The translations under genes and the position numbers were made by a program. A model generated the notes under the pieces. That model was not told the origin of the DNA, ran no database searches, and saw only the letters and a program-made list of their open reading frames with translations. This document shows positions 1 to 6,104 of a DNA stretch of 64,000 nucleotides, piece by piece; the first letter of the stretch is position 1, and every line of letters begins with the position of its first letter. The DNA lies in the IMG/VR virus record IMGVR_UViG_3300047510_002627, positions 1 through 64,000 of that record. The stretch is one strand, 5' to 3'. Source of the DNA: a virus.

Positions 1-52
1 ATTTGATTGTCCCCATATCATAAGACCTCTCAGGTTCTCATGGGGACACCTC

Positions 53-111
53 GGGACAGTTTCACAAGTGGCACACACCCCCTTGATCTCGACGAGATGT
101 GCGTGTATCTT
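53..111 (+). promoter_or_regulatory. Early promoter: 22-bp palindrome-like box plus sigma70-type -35/-10
   Basis: GGGACAG-N8-GTGGCAC (53-74), TTGATC (83-88), 17-nt spacer, TATCTT (106-111). Confidence 0.65.
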
Positions 112-142
112 ATGGGAGTCAAAGGGATCTCACTGTTCTCTC

Positions 143-271
143 ATGAGTAACTTTTTCTTCGGCATTGTGGTTGGTGTCATGCTTTCCACAGTTGGTTTCA
201 ATGGTATGGCACAGATGGGCAATCGTGCCATTGATGGTATCCAATCATTCTCATCTGCTGCATCCAAATGA
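143..271 (+). CDS. Small membrane protein (42 aa); real start probably ATG 143 rather than 68
   Basis: MSNFFFGIVVGVMLSTVGF hydrophobic N-terminus directly after the promoter; ATGA overlap with next ORF. Confidence 0.6.
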   Translation: MSNFFFGIVVGVMLSTVGFNGMAQMGNRAIDGIQSFSSAASK

Positions 272-462
272 CATTCTCAGAGATTTGCTCCATGATTGAT
301 GTCATGGAGCATGAGATTATTTCAACAAGAGAACAAATGCAAGAAGACATCATTGCATTTGCATCATCCATTGATGATGAAAAGATTTTCTTCACAGATG
401 AAGTCTTAGATGAAATCTGTGAAATCATTGTTTCCAACTTCAACAAGTTTCTCGACAAATGA
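268..462 (+). CDS. Small acidic hypothetical early protein
   Basis: 64-aa ORF with ATGA overlaps on both sides. Confidence 0.7.
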   Translation: MTFSEICSMIDVMEHEIISTREQMQEDIIAFASSIDDEKIFFTDEVLDEICEIIVSNFNKFLDK

Positions 463-692
463 ATCTCACAACTGAACAACTCGATGAAATCATCGAGAAT
501 TATTGCGATCGTGTTGTTGATGAAATGGACACGAAATCAATGGCACAAATGCTCTATGACATGCTCGTTGATTCTTTTCAATCATCCAGTCAACATGATA
601 TGGAGGATCTTATCTGTGCCATTTATGGTGAAGAATACTGGAAAGAATTGGTGGAAGGTGTGACACATGAAGAAGTGTCACAAGATACCTGA
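459..692 (+). CDS. Small acidic hypothetical early protein
   Basis: 77-aa ORF translationally coupled to the upstream ORF. Confidence 0.7.
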   Translation: MNLTTEQLDEIIENYCDRVVDEMDTKSMAQMLYDMLVDSFQSSSQHDMEDLICAIYGEEYWKELVEGVTHEEVSQDT

Positions 693-717
693 CATCTCAT
701 CAAATCTCGACTAGAAT
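660..717 (+). promoter_or_regulatory. Early promoter with perfect 22-bp palindrome
   Basis: GTGACAC-N8-GTGTCAC (660-681), CTGACA (689-694), 17-nt spacer, TAGAAT (712-717). Confidence 0.7.
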
Positions 718-741
718 ACACACGTTCATTCATTCAATCAA

Positions 742-885
742 ATGACCAAACAAATCATGCTCTCCATGCTTCGCCAAGGTTCCAACGGTGAAGAGATTCT
801 TAAGATCCTCGACACCATCACTGAAACTGGCGAGACTGGTGCTATCATTGAAAGCGAACCAACTCTAGAATGGATTGAGTTCTAA
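742..885 (+). CDS. Small hypothetical protein (47 aa, below ORF-track cutoff)
   Basis: Hand translation MTKQIMLSMLRQGSNGEEILKILDTIT...EWIEF*; follows the promoter; TAATG overlap with next ORF. Confidence 0.7.
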   Translation: MTKQIMLSMLRQGSNGEEILKILDTITETGETGAIIESEPTLEWIEF

Positions 886-1073
886 TGGAAACAGCATTTG
901 TCTTTCCTAAATCTAAAAAGGCAAAGAACCGATTCGCAAATCTAATGGAATCTCTCGATGAGGTTATCATTGAACAAAACAAAGGTGATCGAGTATTTGT
1001 TACATCTATCAATGGCAAAAACCATTTTTGGGTAGACATTAACAACGACAAAGACTGGATCATCGAGTTTTGA
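885..1073 (+). CDS. Small hypothetical protein
   Basis: 62-aa ORF coupled to upstream stop and followed by a terminator. Confidence 0.75.
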   Translation: METAFVFPKSKKAKNRFANLMESLDEVIIEQNKGDRVFVTSINGKNHFWVDINNDKDWIIEF

Positions 1074-1076
1074 TTG

Positions 1077-1103
1077 AGAGGGGTTAGCACCCCTCTTTTT
1101 TTT
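1077..1103 (+). terminator. Rho-independent terminator
   Basis: AGAGGGGT-TAGC-ACCCCTCT followed by a T run. Confidence 0.85.
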
Positions 1104-1118
1104 GTGTCCAGTGGGCAT

Positions 1119-1177
1119 GTGCCAGTTTGAGAGGTGGCACGAACCCCCTTGTGGTGCCCCAGGATCTGTGGGATCTT
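1119..1177 (+). promoter_or_regulatory. Early promoter with 22-bp palindrome
   Basis: GTGCCAG-N8-GTGGCAC (1119-1140), TTGTGG (1149-1154), 17-nt spacer, GATCTT (1172-1177). Confidence 0.55.
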
Positions 1178-1224
1178 ATGTGCATCGGAGGAACACACCC
1201 CACCACACGCCTCCGCAACACACA

Positions 1225-1656
1225 ATGAACACCACCACCATTGCCGCTCTTCAGATTCAACTGCAAGAGGTTCTGTCGGTTGTTTCTAACATTCAGACTC
1301 AGATCAAAACTCTTACTGAAGCAGAAGAGTTTGATGTCTTTATGCTCAATGAGATGACACCTTACTTCGGTGAAGTCACCTCCCGTGGTATCATCAAAAC
1401 GCTGCAACTTTGCCGCAATGATGATCACAACTACCTGCGATTCGCTGGTGTGTATCAGTGGAAGAGTGTGAAGGGTAACCTTGAGAAGCGTCAACTGCTC
1501 AAGTTAATCTCTGCAACCTATCGTGTCAAGTATTCCCGCAACAAACCCCTGGTGTATTCTCTCCGCAGTGAGATTAAGTATGCCAAGGCATGTCCTGAGT
1601 GTGGCAAACTTGCCTCTGCTTTCTATGATCGTCTGGTGAAAGAAGGCAAGATTTGA
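1225..1656 (+). CDS. Hypothetical early protein; real start probably ATG 1225
   Basis: MNTTTIAALQIQLQE... after an A/C-rich leader; CPEC motif near C-terminus. Confidence 0.7.
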   Translation: MNTTTIAALQIQLQEVLSVVSNIQTQIKTLTEAEEFDVFMLNEMTPYFGEVTSRGIIKTLQLCRNDDHNYLRFAGVYQWKSVKGNLEKRQLLKLISATYRVKYSRNKPLVYSLRSEIKYAKACPECGKLASAFYDRLVKEGKI

Positions 1657-1663
1657 TTATAAC

Positions 1664-1727
1664 GGGGGGCATCCGCCCCCCTTCCGCCTGATCTGTGCTA
1701 CAGTTCCAAAGCAACCGCAACCGACCG
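1664..1727 (+). promoter_or_regulatory. Cassette A: hairpin, extended -10 and leader
   Basis: GGGGGGC-ATCC-GCCCCCC (1664-1681); TG-c-TACAGT (-10 at 1699-1704); leader ending ccgaccgATG. Confidence 0.55.
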
Positions 1728-1868
1728 ATGGACCGCTTCCTCACCACCGCCCAGATCGACGAGCATCCCCTGATCGACATCTCCCCCCGGGTGATGTCCG
1801 ATGAGCAACTGGCAGCACTGCTGGAGGTTACCGTGGATGAACTGCTGGGTCTTGTGCCGACCAACTAG
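1728..1868 (+). CDS. Small hypothetical protein (46 aa, not in ORF track)
   Basis: MDRFLTTAQIDEHPLIDISPRVMSDEQLAALLEVTVDELLGLVPTN*; fills the space between cassettes A and B exactly. Confidence 0.6.
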   Translation: MDRFLTTAQIDEHPLIDISPRVMSDEQLAALLEVTVDELLGLVPTN

Positions 1869-1950
1869 GTGGCACACGGGGATCGGAAACGGTCCCCGAT
1901 CCGCCTCTGGATGCTGTAGGATTCTCTCAAGTTCACCACCCGAACCGATC
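1854..1950 (+). promoter_or_regulatory. Cassette B: palindrome, hairpin, TAGGAT and leader
   Basis: GTGCCGA-N8-GTGGCAC (1854-1875); GGGGATCG-GAAA-CGGTCCCC (1878-1897); TAGGAT (1917-1922). Confidence 0.65.
1910..1949 (+). repeat. 40-bp dispersed direct repeat, copy 1
   Basis: GATGCTGTAGGATTCTCTCAAGTTCACCACCCGAACCGAT; 1 mismatch to copy at 2713. Confidence 0.95.
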
Positions 1951-2667
1951 ATGCTCAACCTTTCAATCGGCAACGCCAAACTGGGCAAGCAAACTCTCAT
2001 TTTCAACCTGCCCGCAGGTAAGACTTGCCCAGGTGCCCTATACTGCAAGTCCTTTGCAGTTGTTACACCCGAAGGTCGCAAGATTGCTGATGGTCCGCAG
2101 ACGCAATTCCGTTGCTTTGCTGCCAGCAGTGAGGTGCAGTACGATGCAGTATTCCTCTCCCGTGCTGATAATTTCCAGCAGATCGTGACTGCTTTGCAGG
2201 ATGGATCTGCTGCTGATCTTATCAACGACAGCATCCAACATCACCGCACAAAGAATACCAAACTGGTGCGTATTCATGAGAGCGGAGACTTTTTCTCAGG
2301 TGCCTATCTGGACGCCTGGATTGAAGTCGCCCATCGCAATCCTGATCTCAAGTTTTACTGCTACTCCAAGAGTCTGCAGTTGTTTGTAGACTTCAAGTTG
2401 CCCGCCAACTTCTACATGACCGCATCCTATGGTGGCAAGTGGGATGCACTTATCGACGCTGGTAAGTTTACCCGCTACGCTAAGGTTTTTATGTATGAAG
2501 AGGAAGCAATCGCAGCAGGTTTAGAGGTGGATCACGATGATTCCCACTGTTTCGGGGATCGCCCGTTCGCCCTGCTGGTACACGGGACGCAACCTAAGGG
2601 GAGCGACTGGGGAAAGGCGATCCGCGAGCGTCGCAAGCGTAAGCAGTTCGCTGGGTATGCCAGTTGA
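1951..2667 (+). CDS. GP88-family protein (Cys-rich, radical-SAM-like); real start ATG 1951
   Basis: GNAKL, NLPAGKTCPGA..C, CFAA, RIHESGDFFS, AW, FYCYSKS motifs. Confidence 0.75.
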   Translation: MLNLSIGNAKLGKQTLIFNLPAGKTCPGALYCKSFAVVTPEGRKIADGPQTQFRCFAASSEVQYDAVFLSRADNFQQIVTALQDGSAADLINDSIQHHRTKNTKLVRIHESGDFFSGAYLDAWIEVAHRNPDLKFYCYSKSLQLFVDFKLPANFYMTASYGGKWDALIDAGKFTRYAKVFMYEEEAIAAGLEVDHDDSHCFGDRPFALLVHGTQPKGSDWGKAIRERRKRKQFAGYAS

Positions 2668-2750
2668 GCAACCTGCACAATGGGGGCGGGATCGCCCCCC
2701 TATTCCCCTCCTGATGCAGTAGGATTCTCTCAAGTTCACCACCCGAACCG
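2657..2750 (+). promoter_or_regulatory. Cassette C: degenerate palindrome, hairpin, TAGGAT and leader
   Basis: ATGCCAG-N8-CCTGCAC (2657-2678); GGGGGCG-GGAT-CGCCCCC (2682-2699); TAGGAT (2720-2725). Confidence 0.65.
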
Positions 2751-2752
2751 AT
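2713..2752 (+). repeat. 40-bp dispersed direct repeat, copy 2
   Basis: GATGCAGTAGGATTCTCTCAAGTTCACCACCCGAACCGAT, running into the start codon at 2751. Confidence 0.95.
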
Positions 2753-3023
2753 GAACACCACCGCCCTCACCGCTGAGACCTGCTTCGACTGCCCCGCCTT
2801 CTGCGCCTGGTGGGATGCTGCCCACCAGTACCAACTGCAGGATTGGGATTCCTATTGCCTGGTGGGCACCCCCGATGAGGGGTGGGCACTGGATGCTCTC
2901 CTGGATCGCTACCAGGAAGGCATGACACCCCAGGCGGCAATCGATGAGATTGTGGACGGTTGGGAACCCTCCGATGATCAAATGCTGAGTGCCTTCGGGA
3001 CCAAGTGGCACGACGGTCTGTAA
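2751..3023 (+). CDS. Acidic Trp-rich hypothetical protein
   Basis: 90-aa ORF that starts exactly at the end of the repeated leader. Confidence 0.75.
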   Translation: MNTTALTAETCFDCPAFCAWWDAAHQYQLQDWDSYCLVGTPDEGWALDALLDRYQEGMTPQAAIDEIVDGWEPSDDQMLSAFGTKWHDGL

Positions 3024-3034
3024 ACAGATGTTAC

Positions 3035-3096
3035 GGGGCACCCACAGGTGCCCCACCCGATCCGTTAAACTGATTCAGTCAACCGACACCCGAACC
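3035..3096 (+). promoter_or_regulatory. Cassette D: hairpin, TAAACT and leader
   Basis: GGGGCACC-CACA-GGTGCCCC (3035-3054); TAAACT (3066-3071); leader GATTCAGTCAACCGACACCCGAACC. Confidence 0.6.
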
Positions 3097-3378
3097 ATGA
3101 TCGAACTGATCTCTAACGCTTACACCCGCCTGATCCGCGTGGGTGCCCGCAGCATCCTGATCCAGCGTGGTCCCCATACCTGCTCCGATCTCGCCCGTGC
3201 CATGGGGATCGACCCCGCTAAGCACAAGGGAACGCTTCACGCCATCCTGGTGGACCTGGAGCGAGCAGGTGCCCTCGCCGCCACCCGCAGCGATGCCACT
3301 GGCAAGCGGGATCTGTGGTTCCACGTCCCCGTCGCCATCCGCAAGCGGGACCGCCTGGCGGCAGCGATTCTGGGGTAA
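3097..3378 (+). CDS. Winged helix-turn-helix DNA-binding protein; real start ATG 3097
   Basis: GPHTCSDLARAMGI...LHAILVDLERAGAL...LWF matches the wHTH pattern. Confidence 0.7.
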   Translation: MIELISNAYTRLIRVGARSILIQRGPHTCSDLARAMGIDPAKHKGTLHAILVDLERAGALAATRSDATGKRDLWFHVPVAIRKRDRLAAAILG

Positions 3379-3390
3379 ACCTTAAGATCC

Positions 3391-3463
3391 AGGGGATTCT
3401 GCGGAATCCCCTCCGATCCGCCCTCTGATGCAGTAGGATTCTCTCAGTTCACCACCTGAACCG
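3391..3463 (+). promoter_or_regulatory. Cassette E: hairpin, TAGGAT and leader
   Basis: AGGGGATTC-TGCG-GAATCCCCT (3391-3412); TAGGAT (3434-3439). Confidence 0.65.
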
Positions 3464-3465
3464 AT
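3427..3465 (+). repeat. Dispersed direct repeat, copy 3 (39 bp)
   Basis: GATGCAGTAGGATTCTCTCA-GTTCACCACCTGAACCGAT; one deletion and one substitution versus copy 2. Confidence 0.95.
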
Positions 3466-4054
3466 GACCACCGCCACCCGCACCATCACCCTTGAGACCC
3501 GCGAGGGTGTGGAGACTTTCACCACCGATCTCACCCTGGATGCCGCTCTGGACATCCTGCGGGGTCTCCGTGGTAACTTCGCCCAGTCGCTGGCAGCATC
3601 CGCCCGCACCCGTCGCGGTCTGTCCCCGAAGCAGGAGGCATGGGCATTCAAGTTGGCACAGGATGCCATCGCTCCTGCTCCTGCAGAGCGTAAGGTCGCA
3701 GGCGACCTGCAACCTATCCTGGATCTGTTCCAGCGTCAGCGGGAGCGGGGTGCCAAGCGATTCTCCCTGCGTCTGAACGGTGCCACCCTGTCGCCCTCCC
3801 GCGACGGTCGCAACGTGTGGGTTAAGCAGGGCGATGCCTTCCTGGGCGGCATCCGCGAGGGCGGTCGCCCTGATCGCAGCATCCCCAGCGACGTGGTGAG
3901 CATCCTGCAGGGTGCTGCCAGCGATCCCCTGTCTGCTGCCGTCGCCTTCGGGCGTGAGACTGGGGAGTGCTCCTGCTGCGGGCGGGAACTGACCGATCCC
4001 CGCAGCATCGCCCTGGGGATCGGACCCATCTGCAAAGACAAGTGGGGTCTGTGA
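3464..4054 (+). CDS. DUF6011-type zinc-finger domain protein
   Basis: C-terminal CSCCGRELTDPRSIALGIGPIC signature; N-terminal FAQSL..LSPKQEAWA motif. Confidence 0.75.
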   Translation: MTTATRTITLETREGVETFTTDLTLDAALDILRGLRGNFAQSLAASARTRRGLSPKQEAWAFKLAQDAIAPAPAERKVAGDLQPILDLFQRQRERGAKRFSLRLNGATLSPSRDGRNVWVKQGDAFLGGIREGGRPDRSIPSDVVSILQGAASDPLSAAVAFGRETGECSCCGRELTDPRSIALGIGPICKDKWGL

Positions 4055-4071
4055 CGGATTGTTAAGATTCA

Positions 4072-4135
4072 GGGGCATCCATCACGGGTGCCCCACCCCA
4101 GTCGCTACCATTAGCAAGCATCACGCAATCGCATC
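4072..4135 (+). promoter_or_regulatory. Cassette F: hairpin, TACCAT and leader
   Basis: GGGGCATCC-ATCAC-GGGTGCCCC (4072-4094); TACCAT (4106-4111); same 11-nt hairpin-to--10 spacing as cassette D. Confidence 0.55.
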
Positions 4136-4456
4136 ATGACCGCCACCGCCACCGCCCACGCTTACAACATCGCCGCCAACGGTGCGATCTATCGGACCTT
4201 CGACATTAGCGAGTCGTCCGCTATTCATAATCTGCACGTTGAGCGTGGCAACATTATCACTGGAATGCCTGGATTCGTAGAGGTTATCTATCAGTCCAAC
4301 ACAGAGAAAGCATACGGTTTCGCTGCAGATCCTGAGTTTGTGATGGATCTGATTGAGATCATCTCTTGGACTGATTGTAAGGGTATCTCTCTCGGTCGTT
4401 TGATTCATCAGGCAAAGCAGAATGGCAACCTTGAATCTATCGAAGTTGCAGACTGA
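4136..4456 (+). CDS. Hypothetical protein, possibly KTSC-like
   Basis: SSAI...VEVIYQS..AYGF...SLGRLI loosely resembles the KTSC domain pattern. Confidence 0.55.
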   Translation: MTATATAHAYNIAANGAIYRTFDISESSAIHNLHVERGNIITGMPGFVEVIYQSNTEKAYGFAADPEFVMDLIEIISWTDCKGISLGRLIHQAKQNGNLESIEVAD

Positions 4457-4469
4457 GTAAGGTACACTT

Positions 4470-4490
4470 AGGGGGCACACATTGCCCCCT
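4470..4490 (+). terminator. Hairpin closing the cassette array (weak terminator)
   Basis: AGGGGGCA-CACAT-TGCCCCCT with only a short T tail. Confidence 0.45.
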
Positions 4491-4501
4491 TCATTACACC
4501 T

Positions 4502-4567
4502 ATCAGCAATTCTTATCGATCAGCAGTCCTTATCGGTGGTGTTCTTACCGATTAGCAGTTCTTATGG
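4502..4567 (+). repeat. Degenerate tandem repeat, 4 units of 15-17 bp (iteron-like)
   Basis: ATCAGCAATTCTTATCG / ATCAGCAGTCCTTATCG / GTGGTGTTCTTACCG / ATTAGCAGTTCTTATGG. Confidence 0.85.
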
Positions 4568-4719
4568 TTGGGGGCGTCGCGGTGCCGTAAAGCGTAACGA
4601 AAAAAGTTGGGTCCTTCTAACCTACAAATCTTGTCCTTTGAGAGATATATAACGAACGCTATACTATTTTGAAAATAAAATACGTCGGACCTGAAAAAAT
4701 TTCCCGCAGTAAAAAATAT

Positions 4720-4911
4720 ATGAAAACCCCCTATTGGAACATATACCGTGCAATTATCGCAGGATGGTTCATAAGATACCCGAGGAATATGATACAATAC
4801 GTATTGATTCTCATATTATTCTTATGGATCGCCCCCGTATCTTGGAAGGTTCTTATATTACTTCTAATAGGTCTTATAATGATTGTGAGGTCTTATAAGA
4901 AAGGGAACTAA
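4720..4911 (+). CDS. Small putative membrane protein; ATG at 4720
   Basis: MKTPYWNIYRAIIAGWFIRYP followed by two hydrophobic stretches. Confidence 0.5.
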   Translation: MKTPYWNIYRAIIAGWFIRYPRNMIQYVLILILFLWIAPVSWKVLILLLIGLIMIVRSYKKGN

Positions 4912-4937
4912 ATATGGCAGAGTGACCCGCATTCTAT

Positions 4938-5138
4938 ATGAGTGAAACCAAGATTTACCACATATATCTGAAAGATCGGTGTGTATATCATTGCATACCA
5001 GAAGAAGAATTTAAGAGTCATTGGGATAATTTAAAATATCTCACAGATCTTATAGGGGGTAGTAAATATACGGTTTCCGACTTATCTTATGAGGAACTCA
5101 CATTAAGCAAGAGAACGGCACAGGAATCATCACACTGA
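4938..5138 (+). CDS. Small hypothetical protein
   Basis: 66-aa ORF, KIYHIYLKDRCVYH motif; typical neighbour of the following gene in cyanomyoviruses (from memory). Confidence 0.7.
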   Translation: MSETKIYHIYLKDRCVYHCIPEEEFKSHWDNLKYLTDLIGGSKYTVSDLSYEELTLSKRTAQESSH

Positions 5139-5139
5139 C

Positions 5140-5168
5140 TTGACCGTTATCACAAAATGTATTAAAAT
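5140..5168 (+). promoter_or_regulatory. Sigma70-type promoter
   Basis: TTGACC-N17-TAAAAT upstream of ATG 5193. Confidence 0.75.
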
Positions 5169-5192
5169 TGTATTTGAAGGTTTGAAAGAATT

Positions 5193-6104
5193 ATGGCAAA
5201 AGGATTTACAGTAAAAGCGAAGCCTCCCAAGGTAGGCGAAGGATCTTCTGCAGGTGGGGAAGATTGGGATTATGGGAAAATCAAAGAGAGAATGAGAGGG
5301 AAGGCGATAGTCTTCTGCCTTCCAGGCAGAGGATGTTCGTTTCAGTTTCTCAAATCTTTCGTACAACTCTGCTTCGATCTTGTGCAGAATGGCATGAACA
5401 TTCAGATCTCACAAGATTATAGTTCAATGGTAAATTTTGCAAGATGTAAGTGTTTGGGTGCGAATGTTCTCAGAGGACCTGATCAGATTCCTTGGGACGG
5501 CAGACTTCCTTATGACTATCAGTTGTGGATTGATAGTGACATCGTATTTGACAGCACCAAGTTCTGGCAACTTTGTGATCTTGCATTCCCAGAAGAAGCA
5601 GTGATGTACAAAGAGGTTGAGAACGAAGAAACTGGTGAACTTGAGACCAGAGCAATCTTTGTTGAAAAGCAAGATCTGAATGGTAATGTAATTTCTCGTA
5701 GTCTCAAAGCAGATCCCGAAAAAGATCGTCCCATTTCTGCTGGTTGGTATTGTACAGAAGATGGTCGTACCACCTCTGTTGCTCACTGGTTAGACGAAGA
5801 TGACTTCCGTAATAATGGTGGAGTCATGAATCATGAGATGGTTGAAGGTATTAGCAAGCGTCGCAAACCATTTACAGTTGACTACACTGGATTTGGTTGG
5901 GTTCTAATTAAGAACGGTGTCTTTGAGCATGAGGAAATGAAGTATCCTTGGTTTGCTCCTAAGATGCAGGTCTTTGAATCTGGTGCAGTACAGGATATGT
6001 GTGGAGAAGACGTATCATTCTGTCTTGATGCTAAAGCAGCAGGTATGGAAATTTGGTGCGATCCCCGAATCCGTGTGGGACATGAGAAGACGAGGGTGAT
6101 CTGA
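5193..6104 (+). CDS. Glycosyltransferase-like protein (GT-A fold)
   Basis: VNFARCKC, LWIDSDIVF (DxD), TGFGWVLIK, GEDVSFC, DPRIRVGHEK motifs. Confidence 0.8.
   Translation: MAKGFTVKAKPPKVGEGSSAGGEDWDYGKIKERMRGKAIVFCLPGRGCSFQFLKSFVQLCFDLVQNGMNIQISQDYSSMVNFARCKCLGANVLRGPDQIPWDGRLPYDYQLWIDSDIVFDSTKFWQLCDLAFPEEAVMYKEVENEETGELETRAIFVEKQDLNGNVISRSLKADPEKDRPISAGWYCTEDGRTTSVAHWLDEDDFRNNGGVMNHEMVEGISKRRKPFTVDYTGFGWVLIKNGVFEHEEMKYPWFAPKMQVFESGAVQDMCGEDVSFCLDAKAAGMEIWCDPRIRVGHEKTRVI

Noticed and set aside
659-682. TGTGA...TCACA as a CRP site
   Set aside because: Spacer is 14 nt rather than 6
1801-1950. Extended N-termini in the ORF track (starts 68, 1102, 1801, 2989, 4669, 7130)
   Set aside because: They run through promoters, hairpins or other genes; downstream ATGs fit the leaders
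3020-3034. GTA...TAC as an NtcA box
   Set aside because: Spacer is 9 nt rather than 8; nearby TTAA/TTAC repeats are too weak to call RpaB or Pho boxes
1910-3465. 40-bp repeats as a CRISPR array
   Set aside because: Only three copies, separated by 700-800 bp of whole genes; no cas genes; the repeats contain the -10 box and leader
1664-4490. Hairpins as integron attC sites
   Set aside because: Too short, no RYYYAAC/GTTRRRY ends and no integrase in the window
4627-4650. Resemblance of TTGTCCTTTGAGAGATA to the predicted 5' end of the antisense transcript near 59399 (TTTGTCGCCTTTGAGATA)
   Set aside because: Short, gapped and AT-rich; cannot be told from chance without a statistical test
4457-4720. 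tRNA or known riboswitch in the long intergenic gap
   Set aside because: No cloverleaf or T-loop (GTTCRA) and no recognisable aptamer consensus by eye
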